The notes under the pieces: model-generated | Databases searched by the model: none | Told to the model about the DNA's origin: nothing | What the model saw: only the letters and a program-made list of their open reading frames with translations | Program-made: the position numbers and the translations under genes | Part shown: positions 37,080 to 46,634 of the stretch, one piece after another | Position numbering within the stretch: position 1 is the first letter of the stretch | Layout: the number at the start of each line of letters is the position of its first letter | From: Cytophagales bacterium | Lineage (GTDB): Bacteria; Bacteroidota; Bacteroidia; Cytophagales; UBA9547 | Assembly (NCBI GenBank): GCA_004294265.1 | Contig: REAG01000118.1 | Coordinates: 1-56,490, forward strand | Length of the DNA stretch: 56,490 nucleotides | Reading direction: 5' to 3'

Positions 37080-39398
37080 TTGAGATTTTTTTTTGCAAAT
37101 AAATTTCTTTGTAAAAATAATTTTACAGCTTTTAATATCAAATTATTTTTAATTTATTTGGGTTTTATTTTTTCTTATTCTTCTTTTTGTCAAAATATTT
37201 CATTAGAAGATATTTGGATAAATAATACCTTTTCGATGGCAAATTTTGAAGATTTTAAATGGTCGAAATCAGGTAAAACCTACTTTAAAATTAAAAACAA
37301 TCCAAAAACTAATAAACTAGAATTAGCCGAATTTGATGTAATTTCAGATAAAAAGTTAAAAATTAAATGCCTTATTTCAGAACTTAAAATTAACAATAAA
37401 AGCCTTGAAATTGATGATTTTGTGTTTTCTGAAGACGAATCAAAAATTATTTTTCAAACCGAAACCGAAAATATTTACAGACGCTCAACCAAATCTATTT
37501 TTTATGTTTTTGATTGTCAAAATCAAAAATTAACAGCTTTAATAGATTCTCAAAAAGTTACGCAAATCAGCTTTTCGGCTGATGGAAAAAAAATCGCTTT
37601 TACAAAAGAAAATAATTTATTTATTAAAAATTTAGAAACAAACATTATTACGCAAATAACCAAAGATGGCAAAAAAAATGAAATTATAAATGGAACTTCA
37701 GATTGGGTATATGAAGAAGAATTTGAAATCGTAAAATGCTTTTTTTGGAATAATTCAAGTAATAAAATAGCATTTCTTAAATTTGATGAATCGCATGTTA
37801 AAGATTACGAAATGCAAATTTGGGGTAAAGATTTATATCCGCACAATTATATTTTCAAATATCCGAAAGCAGGCGAAAAAAATGCTTTTGTTTCGGTTTT
37901 GGTTTATGATTTAGAAAAAACAGAATTAAAAACAGTGTTTGATGGAAAAAACAAAGATAGTTATGTGCCAAGAATTAATTGGACAAACGACCAAAACATA
38001 CTTTCGGTAAAGCATTTGAATAGAAATCAGGATTCTTTGGTTGTTGTGCATTATAACACCAAAAACGATAGTAATTCAATCATAATGACTTCAAAATCAG
38101 ATACTTACATAGATATAGACGATAATTTTTTATACTTAAAAAATAGCAATTACTTACTTTATAAATCTAATAACGAATTTAGAAATTTGGTTTTATTGGA
38201 TTTGAAAAATTTAAAATCCGAGACCATCACTCAAAATAAATCAAATAATCAAGGTAAAACTGAAAATTATGCAAACTGGGAAATTCAAAATATTATAAAA
38301 ATAGATGAATTGAATAAAAAAATTTACTTTGTTTCAAAAGATAATCCACCTTTTAATCAACATTTGTTTTCAGTTGATTTTAACGGAAAAAATAGGCTAC
38401 AACTTACTACTATGGCGGGAGTTAATTCTGTTAATATAAGTTCGGATGCAACCTATTTTGTACTTTCAAATTCTACTATCAATCAAGGAAATAGTTATTC
38501 ATTGCATTTTTGTAAAGATGGGAAAAAAATAAAAGATTTGGAAAATAATCAATCTTTTAAAAATAAATTAGAAGAATATAAATTTAATGCACCCGAATTT
38601 AAGTCATTTAGTTATTTGGATACAACTCAAAAAAGTGCAAGTTCTGATGGCAGCTATGAAAGCCCAAAAATAACTTTAAATTATTACCTTATTAAACCTA
38701 TAAACTTTGATTCAACCAAAAAATATCCTGTTTTAGTTTATTTTTACGGAGGTCCAGGTTCGCAAGAAGTAATTAATGAATGGCAAGGCAAAAACTATTT
38801 ATGGTTTCAATATTTAACTAAACAAGGTTTTGTGATAGCTTGTTGTGATAATCGTGGTACAGGAGGTAGAGGAATAAGTTTTCAGCATTGCACAACTCGG
38901 AATTTAGGCAATTTTGAAGCCCAAGATCAAATTGAATTTGGTAAGTTTTTGCAATCATATTCTTATATTGATGGAAAAAATATGGCAACTTTTGGATGGA
39001 GTTTTGGTGGATATTTAAGTTCTTTATGTATATTGAAAGGTGCTGAAGTTTTTAAAGCAGCTATTGCAGTTGCACCTGTTACAAGTTGGCGTTTTTATGA
39101 TACTATTTACACAGAACGATATTTAAAAAATCCTACTGATAATGCCAAAGGTTATGATGAAAATTCGCCTTTGAATCATGCTTCAAAACTAAAAGGAAAA
39201 TATTTATTGGTTCACGGAACGGCAGATGATAATGTTCATTTTCAAAATTCTATTGCGATGCAACAAGCTTTTATCAACACAAGAAAGCACTTTGAAACTT
39301 ATTCTTATCCAGACAAAGCACATGGCATAGGCGGAGCAAAAACACGTTTGCATTTATATCAAAAAATGACTAATTTTTTGATTGAAAATTTAAGATAA
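37080..39398 (+). CDS. Dipeptidyl-peptidase IV (S9B prolyl oligopeptidase family)
   Basis: DPP4 N-terminal propeller plus C-terminal hydrolase (GWSFGGYL, HGTADDNVH). The ORF is open from 36972, but there is no ATG before the signal peptide. The proposed start is the in-frame TTG at 37080 (MRFFFANKF...FIFSYSSFCQ), downstream of the ppnP terminator. Confidence 0.85.
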   Translation: MRFFFANKFLCKNNFTAFNIKLFLIYLGFIFSYSSFCQNISLEDIWINNTFSMANFEDFKWSKSGKTYFKIKNNPKTNKLELAEFDVISDKKLKIKCLISELKINNKSLEIDDFVFSEDESKIIFQTETENIYRRSTKSIFYVFDCQNQKLTALIDSQKVTQISFSADGKKIAFTKENNLFIKNLETNIITQITKDGKKNEIINGTSDWVYEEEFEIVKCFFWNNSSNKIAFLKFDESHVKDYEMQIWGKDLYPHNYIFKYPKAGEKNAFVSVLVYDLEKTELKTVFDGKNKDSYVPRINWTNDQNILSVKHLNRNQDSLVVVHYNTKNDSNSIIMTSKSDTYIDIDDNFLYLKNSNYLLYKSNNEFRNLVLLDLKNLKSETITQNKSNNQGKTENYANWEIQNIIKIDELNKKIYFVSKDNPPFNQHLFSVDFNGKNRLQLTTMAGVNSVNISSDATYFVLSNSTINQGNSYSLHFCKDGKKIKDLENNQSFKNKLEEYKFNAPEFKSFSYLDTTQKSASSDGSYESPKITLNYYLIKPINFDSTKKYPVLVYFYGGPGSQEVINEWQGKNYLWFQYLTKQGFVIACCDNRGTGGRGISFQHCTTRNLGNFEAQDQIEFGKFLQSYSYIDGKNMATFGWSFGGYLSSLCILKGAEVFKAAIAVAPVTSWRFYDTIYTERYLKNPTDNAKGYDENSPLNHASKLKGKYLLVHGTADDNVHFQNSIAMQQAFINTRKHFETYSYPDKAHGIGGAKTRLHLYQKMTNFLIENLR

Positions 39399-39498
39399 TT
39401 ATTTTAAAATAATACTAAAATTAAATATTTTATACTAAAAATAAATTATCAATTAAAATTTAAAGAATAAAAATGTTAGTATTGTAAATTATTTTCAG

Positions 39499-40377
39499 AT
39501 GCAAGTAACGATAGATAAAAATTCGGGATATTGTTTTGGTGTAGAATTTGCCATTCAAATGGCTGAAGATGAGCTTTCTGAAAGTGGCTCATTATATTGC
39601 CTTGGAGATATTGTGCATAATTCTATGGAAGTTGAAAGGCTTCAAAAAAAAGGCTTAATTATTATTTCAAAAGATGATTTACCAAAACTAAAAGACTGCA
39701 AAGTTTTAATTCGTGCACATGGTGAACCACCAGAAACTTACCAATTAGCTCTAAAAAACAACATTGAATTAATTGATGCTTCTTGTCCAGTAGTTTTGAA
39801 ATTACAAAATAGAGTTAAAAATTCTTACGATGAAGTTCAAAAAACTGACGGTCAAATTGTGATTTATGGGCAACAAGGACACGCTGAGGTAATTGGAATT
39901 GCAGGGCAAACCCAAAATAATGCAATTATAGTTACAACTGAAGCAGATTTAGATAAAGTTGATTTCACAAAACCAATTTCATTTTATAGTCAAACAACCA
40001 AAAGTACGGCTGGTTTTTATAAAATGAAAGCCTTAATAGAGCAAAAAATTACTGAAACAGGCTCAAAATTTTTACTAGAGTCTTTTGATGCCAATGATAG
40101 CATTTGCCGTCAGGTATCTAACAGAGAGCCGCAGTTAGAGAAATTTTCTAAAGAAAATGATGTCATTTTATTTGTAAGTGGCAAAAAAAGTTCAAATGGA
40201 AAAGCACTTTATGGTGTTTGTAAAAACAACAACGAAAGAAGCTATTTTATAGAAAATGAATCAGAAATCGAAAATTATTGGCTAAAAAATACAGATAAAA
40301 TTGGTATTTGTGGTGCCACCTCAACTCCCCAATGGTTGATGGAAAAAGTAAAAAATCATGTAGAAATGTTAAGTTAA
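39499..40377 (+). CDS. ispH: 4-hydroxy-3-methylbut-2-enyl diphosphate reductase
   Basis: 292 aa with GYCFGV, LGDIVHN, IRAHGEPP, DASCP and SSNG. Confidence 0.95.
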   Translation: MQVTIDKNSGYCFGVEFAIQMAEDELSESGSLYCLGDIVHNSMEVERLQKKGLIIISKDDLPKLKDCKVLIRAHGEPPETYQLALKNNIELIDASCPVVLKLQNRVKNSYDEVQKTDGQIVIYGQQGHAEVIGIAGQTQNNAIIVTTEADLDKVDFTKPISFYSQTTKSTAGFYKMKALIEQKITETGSKFLLESFDANDSICRQVSNREPQLEKFSKENDVILFVSGKKSSNGKALYGVCKNNNERSYFIENESEIENYWLKNTDKIGICGATSTPQWLMEKVKNHVEMLS

Positions 40378-40424
40378 TTTGTCAATTCCCCAAATCAAAT
40401 ATTTTAATTTCTTAGTAATATTTT

Positions 40425-42365
40425 ATGCAAAAAAACAGCGGACATAACCATCATCTTACTACTGGCGGTTTATTAATCACTCTCGGAATTATTTATGGTG
40501 ATATTGGAACTTCACCATTGTATGTAATGAGTGAAATTATGCACCACAAAAAAGTAAGCGAATTGCTAATTTATGGTTCATTATCGTGCATAATATGGAC
40601 TCTAACGCTCCAAACAACACTGAAATATGTGATTTTAACACTCCGAGCTGATAATAACGGTGAAGGGGGAATTTTTTCACTTTTTGCTTTGGTTCGCAGA
40701 AAATTACCTTGGCTTTTTATTCCAGCAATGTTAGGTGGAGCTACTTTACTTGCAGATGGTATTATTACACCTCCCATATCGGTTGCTTCAGCGGTTGAAG
40801 GTTTGCGTAGGATATATCCAAATGTTCAAACTGTGCCTATTATTATTGTAATTCTTACTATTTTGTTTGCTTTTCAACGATTTGGAACAAATGTAGTTGG
40901 CAAGGCATTTGGTCCTGTTATGTTTGTTTGGTTTACTATGTTGGCGGTTCTTGGCTTAGGGCAAATTATTCAACATCCTGAAATTTTTAAAGCAATAAAT
41001 CCGATGTATGCTTATCAACTTTTGGCTGAATATCCTGAAGGATTTTGGCTATTGGGTTCTGTATTTCTTTGCACTACTGGAGCCGAAGCACTTTATTCAG
41101 ATTTAGGACATTGCGGAAGAAATAACATAAGAATATCATGGATTTATGTTAAATTATGTTTAATTCTTACTTATTTAGGGCAAGGAGCTTGGATAATGTC
41201 GCAAACTGGAGAAATAAATGACAATCCATTTTTTGAAATTATGCCTTCTTGGTTTGTACTTCCTGGTATAATTATTGCCACTGCATCCGCTATTATTGCA
41301 AGTCAAGCCTTAATTACAGGTTCTTTTACACTTATTTCTGAAGCCATTCGACTTAATTTTTGGCCAAAAGTAAAATTAGTTTATCCTACTGACCAGAAAG
41401 GTCAATTATATGTCCCAAGTTTAAATTTCTTACTTTGGATAGGTTGTATTGGTATTGTACTCTATTTCAAAGAATCATCGCACATGGGAGCAGCTTATGG
41501 TTTAGCAATTACGCTCACTATGATTATGACAACTTTGTTAATGACCTTTTATTTATATTTAAAAAGGGTAAATACTATTTTTGTTTTGTTATTTCTTTTT
41601 TCTTTTTTATTACTTGAATCTTCTTTTCTTATTGCCAATTTAACTAAATTTACACATGGTGGTTATGTATCTTTGATTTTAGGTGGCGTTATACTTTCGG
41701 TAATGTATATTTGGTTTAAATCTTATAAAATTAAAAATAGTTTGACAGAATACGTATCTTTTGAAGATAACAAACAAGTAAGAATGATGCAAAAATTGAG
41801 TGAAGACATGACCGTTCCTAAATATGCAACCAATCTTATTTTTATGACTAGTTCTAGAACGACAGATTTGATAGAATCAAAAGTGATTTACTCTATATTT
41901 CAAAAACAACCTAAACGAGCCGATGTGTATTGGTTTTTGCATGTAGAAATCACAGATGAACCTTATACAAAAGAATATAAAGTACATACTTATACAGATG
42001 GACAAGTTTTTAAAATTACTTTTTATTTAGGTTTTAGAGTGGAAAATCGAGTAAATGTCTATTTCAGAAGAGTTGTAGAGGATATGGTACGTAATGGAGA
42101 AGTAGATATTACATCCAGATACGAATCTTTAAACGCCCAAAATTTGATAGGAGATTTTAGATTTGTAGTTTTAGAAAAGTTCCTTTCTTACGAAAACTCT
42201 TTGGGTGTTTTTGATCAATTAGTTATGGACGGCTACTTTTTGTTAAAAGAATTAGCAACTTCTGAAGAGAAATATTTTGGATTAGACACAAGTTCAGTAA
42301 TCGTGGAAAAAGTTCCGATGCTCATAAAACCAGCTTCCGAAATTAAACTGTGTAGAATAAGATAA
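40425..42365 (+). CDS. kup: KUP/HAK/KT family potassium transporter
   Basis: 646 aa with LGIIYGDIGTSPLYV, GGIFSL and TGAEALYSDLGH. Confidence 0.95.
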   Translation: MQKNSGHNHHLTTGGLLITLGIIYGDIGTSPLYVMSEIMHHKKVSELLIYGSLSCIIWTLTLQTTLKYVILTLRADNNGEGGIFSLFALVRRKLPWLFIPAMLGGATLLADGIITPPISVASAVEGLRRIYPNVQTVPIIIVILTILFAFQRFGTNVVGKAFGPVMFVWFTMLAVLGLGQIIQHPEIFKAINPMYAYQLLAEYPEGFWLLGSVFLCTTGAEALYSDLGHCGRNNIRISWIYVKLCLILTYLGQGAWIMSQTGEINDNPFFEIMPSWFVLPGIIIATASAIIASQALITGSFTLISEAIRLNFWPKVKLVYPTDQKGQLYVPSLNFLLWIGCIGIVLYFKESSHMGAAYGLAITLTMIMTTLLMTFYLYLKRVNTIFVLLFLFSFLLLESSFLIANLTKFTHGGYVSLILGGVILSVMYIWFKSYKIKNSLTEYVSFEDNKQVRMMQKLSEDMTVPKYATNLIFMTSSRTTDLIESKVIYSIFQKQPKRADVYWFLHVEITDEPYTKEYKVHTYTDGQVFKITFYLGFRVENRVNVYFRRVVEDMVRNGEVDITSRYESLNAQNLIGDFRFVVLEKFLSYENSLGVFDQLVMDGYFLLKELATSEEKYFGLDTSSVIVEKVPMLIKPASEIKLCRIR

Positions 42366-42558
42366 ACCTTTTATGAAATTTAGTTCGGTTTTTATTTTAA
42401 AGTTATAAATTATCTCAATTTAGAACCTTATATGATAATATAAATTGTAACTTATATTATAAAATTCATGGCTAAAATTAATCAAATCCTAAAGATTAAT
42501 AATTAAAAGATTATTCAAAACTAAATCGTCAACTTTTTATTTTTCCTAAATAGAGTTA

Positions 42559-42879
42559 TAGAAAAGCCCATATAAGTATTTTAACCTTAATTAATCAATA
42601 TATTAGTAATATTTCATAAGATTAGGACGTTCCCCTACTTATCAAGGAATTCGCATTTAAAATTACTAGATTAAAAGCCCCACCCTAAATCCCTCCCCAA
42701 GGGGAGGGACTTGCTTCGCAAGTGTTTTTTTAGTAATAAATTAAAAATAAATTACTTGATTATAAAAGAAAAGTTTTAAATGCGAATTCCCTACCCTACT
42801 TATGGATTCTACGGTTTCGTAGCAGAAATTTGGTTAGATTTGGGGCGTTTTTTTGGAAATATTTAAGTGGGCTTTTCTA
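42559..42879. mobile_element. Composite MITE with IS1595-type termini and an 8-bp target duplication, carrying a nested second MITE
   Basis: Ends are TAGAAAAGCCCATATAAGTA and TATTTAAGTGGGCTTTTCTA. Perfect direct repeats TAGAGTTA lie at 42551-42558 and 42880-42887. Confidence 0.8.
42643..42793. mobile_element. 151-bp MITE (GGAATTCGCATTTAAAA termini) inserted inside the 42559-42879 element
   Basis: TIRs CAAGGAATTCGCATTTAAAA / TTTTAAATGCGAATTCCCTA. 10-bp direct repeat CCCTACTTAT at 42633-42642 and 42794-42803. The interior has the GC hairpin CCCTCCCCaaGGGGAGGG plus ACTTGCttcGCAAGT followed by a T-run. Confidence 0.75.
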
Positions 42880-43294
42880 TAGAGTTATATAAATATTTAA
42901 AATTAAACTTTTATTTAGGGTCAGCTGAAAAGCTAAAAAAGTAAAATCAGAGCTAAATTTTAGAGATAATTTGGTATATTTCCCATATCAATTGCAAGGA
43001 AAAATGAATATATACTTCAAAAAGTGTGCATTTAAGCCCCAATATATAATTACTAGCCAAATAGTTTTGCCAGGATTTGAGATAACATATTCATTAAAGA
43101 TTTAAAACGAATATAAAGAAAAATCCAAAAATGGATATTACTATATAGTAGATTTAGAATTTCTCGAAGATAAAACAAAAAAGTAATATTATATTCAAAT
43201 ATAGACTAATTTGATATTTATTATCTAAAATTCGATTTTGTTAAACTTTGAAACAAAATAATTGAACTTTGCATCAATAAAATTAGAAAAAATT

Positions 43295-43302
43295 ATACTT
43301 TT
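43295..43302 (+). promoter_or_regulatory. Bacteroidota -7 promoter box (TACTTTTG) upstream of purD
   Basis: TAnnTTTG match 16 nt upstream of ATG 43318. Confidence 0.4.
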
Positions 43303-43317
43303 GTAAAAATTTTTAAA

Positions 43318-44601
43318 ATGAATGTACTCATAATAGGATCTGGCGGACGAGAAAGTTGTTTTGCATGGAAATTAGCTCAAAGTCCATTATTAAAACAGCT
43401 TTTTATTGCACCCGGCAATCCTGGTATGTTAGAATATGGTATTTTAGTAGAGATTGCTATTGATGATTTTGAAAAATTGGGTGCTTTTTGTATTGAAAAA
43501 AATATTAATTTAGTAGTTGTAGGACCTGAAGTTCCACTTGTAAAAGGAATTGTAGATTATTTTAAATCTCACTTAAATTTAAGTCAAATATCTATCATTG
43601 GACCCGATAAAAAAGGAGCTATTTTGGAAGGAAGTAAGGATTTCTCAAAAAAATTCATGCAAAAATATAATATTCCTACTGCTGCCTATCAAACTTTTGA
43701 TACTTTTTCTCTTGCAAAAGGCATTAAATATTTAGAAAATACTTCAGCTCCTTATGTATTAAAAGCGGACGGATTAGCCGCAGGAAAAGGCGTAATTATT
43801 ACATCAGATTTGGAAGTAGCAAAACAGACTTTAAGCGAAATGATTTCTGATTTAAAATTTGGAGATGCTAGCGAAAAAGTAGTAATAGAGCAATTTTTAA
43901 CAGGAATAGAACTTTCAGTTTTTGTTCTTTGCGATGGAAAAAATTATATCATTTTACCCGAAGCCAAAGACTATAAACGCATAGGAGAAGCAGATTCTGG
44001 ACTTAATACAGGTGGAATGGGTGCTATATCACCTGTACCTTTTGCTAACGAAGCTTTTATGAAAAAAGTAGAAGATAAAATCATAAAACCTACTATTAAT
44101 GGCTTGATAATTGAAAATATTGATTATAAAGGATTTATATTTTTTGGCTTAATTAATGTAAACAACGAACCTTGGGTGATTGAATATAATTGCCGCATGG
44201 GTGACCCCGAAACTGAAGCAGTTTTACCTCGTATTAAGTCTGATTTACTAGAAATTCTTACAAAAGTAGAAGCTCAAAAATTAAATACTGTTTCGATAGA
44301 ATTTGAAAATTTTGCTGCCACAACAGTTATGTTAGTGGCTGGAGGTTATCCAAATGAATTCGAAAAAGGAGATGTGATTTCTGGATTAGAAAACGTAAAA
44401 AATGCTTTGTGTTTTCATGCGGGAACAAAAAATAATTCGCAAAAAGAACTAGTTACAAACGGAGGAAGAGTAATGGCTGTTACAGGCTTAGGAACCACTC
44501 TTAAAGAAGCACTTTCAGTTTCAAATTCAGCTGCAGAAACCATCTTTTGGAAAAATAAAAACTACAGAAAAGACATAGGTTTTGAATTTGTGGAAAAATA
44601 A
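43318..44601 (+). CDS. purD: Phosphoribosylamine-glycine ligase
   Basis: 427 aa. MNVLIIGSGGRE, APGNPG, ATP-grasp core and NCRMGDPE. Confidence 0.95.
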   Translation: MNVLIIGSGGRESCFAWKLAQSPLLKQLFIAPGNPGMLEYGILVEIAIDDFEKLGAFCIEKNINLVVVGPEVPLVKGIVDYFKSHLNLSQISIIGPDKKGAILEGSKDFSKKFMQKYNIPTAAYQTFDTFSLAKGIKYLENTSAPYVLKADGLAAGKGVIITSDLEVAKQTLSEMISDLKFGDASEKVVIEQFLTGIELSVFVLCDGKNYIILPEAKDYKRIGEADSGLNTGGMGAISPVPFANEAFMKKVEDKIIKPTINGLIIENIDYKGFIFFGLINVNNEPWVIEYNCRMGDPETEAVLPRIKSDLLEILTKVEAQKLNTVSIEFENFAATTVMLVAGGYPNEFEKGDVISGLENVKNALCFHAGTKNNSQKELVTNGGRVMAVTGLGTTLKEALSVSNSAAETIFWKNKNYRKDIGFEFVEK

Positions 44602-44933
44602 TTACCTTTTTTATTGATTAAATGATAGTTTTATTACACTTAAAAAATTAATAGTTTTTATTGGTTTTAATTAAAAATTAACTTTTTTATGAATCAATAT
44701 AAAAATTATTAATTTTTCTAATTGCAATTTTTATAATTTTAAATAACAATAAAAGATGTTTTTTTAATTTAATTCGATATATTAAAGTAATATATATTAT
44801 ATTTAATACTTATAAATATATACATATAAGATACAAAATTATTTCTTTTTTTTAAAAAAATTTTTTTAAAATTAAAATTAAATAACAACTTTTATTCCTA
44901 GTTATCGTTATTTTTAATAATGATAAAACTAAA

Positions 44934-45776
44934 ATGAAAAAAACATTTAATTTTATACTTATTTTTTTATTCTTCTGTACATTAAATGTCAATTCCCAAA
45001 CTGCATCCGAGGCATTTGAGGCTGGGTTAATTGAATTTGAAAAAGAGAAATTTGATAAAGCTTGGGATCACTTCGATAAAGCAGTTCAGTTAAGAAGTAA
45101 GTTTGAAAAAGCCCACTATTTTAGAGGTAGATGTGCACTTGAACTTGAAAGTTATAATGCTGCACTAGATGATTTTCATATAGCTACAAATATTAATTCT
45201 TACGATGCCGAAAATCATTATTACAAAGCTCGATGTGAATGGCATTTGGAACGATATGGTAATGCGATTAAAGATTTAGAACAAGCTATTGTTTATAATC
45301 CTAATCACTTTGAAGCTTATCAAACCATGGGTTTAATTTACCAAAAATTAAAAATGTTTGAAAAAGCAAAAGAATATTATGATAAAGCGATTGCTTCTCA
45401 TCCTAATTTTCATGCTTCAGCTTTTAACAAATCAAAAGTAAAAGAATCTATGAGCGATTATACTTCTGCATTGCATGAGTACAATCATTCTATAACTCAC
45501 GACCCAAACGACCCCGTTTTGTATATGAACAGAGGTATTTTGAAGGAAATTGGCGGGGATATGGTGAGTGCTTTAGATGATTTTACAAAAAGTATTACTT
45601 TAGATCCAGGTTTGAAAATTTGTTATTATTACCGTGGACAAATTTTATATCACCGCAAACAATATAAAGAAGCTTTATTAGATTTGCAAGTATATTTAAA
45701 AAGCTTTCCTTCGGATTATGAAATAAAAACTGAAATTCAAATGCTCCGCAAAATGGTAAATACCAATCAGTTTTAG
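44934..45776 (+). CDS. Secreted tetratricopeptide (TPR) repeat protein
   Basis: 280 aa. Signal peptide and about six 34-residue repeats with A..YF.RG / A...Y.KA patterns. Confidence 0.8.
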   Translation: MKKTFNFILIFLFFCTLNVNSQTASEAFEAGLIEFEKEKFDKAWDHFDKAVQLRSKFEKAHYFRGRCALELESYNAALDDFHIATNINSYDAENHYYKARCEWHLERYGNAIKDLEQAIVYNPNHFEAYQTMGLIYQKLKMFEKAKEYYDKAIASHPNFHASAFNKSKVKESMSDYTSALHEYNHSITHDPNDPVLYMNRGILKEIGGDMVSALDDFTKSITLDPGLKICYYYRGQILYHRKQYKEALLDLQVYLKSFPSDYEIKTEIQMLRKMVNTNQF

Positions 45777-45780
45777 TATT

Positions 45781-46542
45781 CTATAAATTTAAAAAGTTCA
45801 AAACAGCATCTTTGAATAATATCGGTTGCTCTGCCTGCACCCAATGTCCTGCATTTGAAATGGTAATAATTTTAGATACTGAAAATATTTTTTTTATTTC
45901 TAAAACATCGTCATCATTTATATAATTTGAATTTTCGCCTTTGATAAATAAAGTAGGAATTACGCTTGAAAATCTGTTTGATGATGCTCCAATATTTTCA
46001 ATTTGCTTTATCAAAACTTCTAAATTCATCCGCCAATGAAAAGTTCCATCAACATTTCTGTATAAATTTTTTAGCAAAAATTGTCTTATTCCTAGTTCTG
46101 AAATAGATTTTGACATTATTTCATCGGCCTCTTGGCGGCTTTTTAAAAGTAATAAATCTATATTTTGTAAAGCCGAGATTTCTCTTTGATGATGAGGCGG
46201 ATAAAATTTAGGTGAAATATCTACAATGATTAACTTTTTAATTTGATTTGCATAAAGTTCAGCTAATTTCATAGCTACTTTTCCGCCCATCGAATGACCT
46301 AAAATAATGGGATTTTCTATATTTTGTTCATCTAAAAAGTCAATTACATCTTTTGCCATTTCTTCGTAAGTATGCAAATCAAAATGCGGAGATTGCCCAT
46401 GGTTGCGTAAATCAATCAAAAATATTTCAAAATTTTCTGCCAATAGTTTACTTACGCTTAACCAATTATCAGATGATCCAAAAAGTCCGTGCAAAATAAT
46501 CAACGGTTTACCTAAGCCTAGTTTTCTAAAATATAAGGACAT
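45781..46542 (-). CDS. Alpha/beta hydrolase
   Basis: 253 aa. HGLFGSSDNW, nucleophile elbow GHSMGG, C-terminal GHW. Confidence 0.8.
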   Translation of the reverse strand: MSLYFRKLGLGKPLIILHGLFGSSDNWLSVSKLLAENFEIFLIDLRNHGQSPHFDLHTYEEMAKDVIDFLDEQNIENPIILGHSMGGKVAMKLAELYANQIKKLIIVDISPKFYPPHHQREISALQNIDLLLLKSRQEADEIMSKSISELGIRQFLLKNLYRNVDGTFHWRMNLEVLIKQIENIGASSNRFSSVIPTLFIKGENSNYINDDDVLEIKKIFSVSKIITISNAGHWVQAEQPILFKDAVLNFLNL

Positions 46543-46634
46543 TATTTATTTTAATTTTATATTATTATTACTAAATAAAAAAACTTTACACCTTCCAAAA
46601 AGAACGTGTAAAGTTTCAAAATATTGCTGTACAA

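Noticed and set aside
42888-43317. Purine or ZTP riboswitch in the 430-bp purD leader
   Set aside because: No purine-aptamer core (…UAUAAUCGCG…CCGUAAAU…) and no pfl/ZTP motif (GGGUCGUGACUGGCG … CCGCCUGGGC). A TAnnTTTG box lies only 16 nt from the ATG, implying a short leader.
44602-44933. Extremely AT-rich 332-bp spacer before the TPR gene as a replication origin or phase-variable tract
   Set aside because: No DnaA-box clusters (TTATCCACA-like), no dnaA/dnaN context, and no long homopolymer or tandem repeat. It is most simply a promoter or curved-DNA region.
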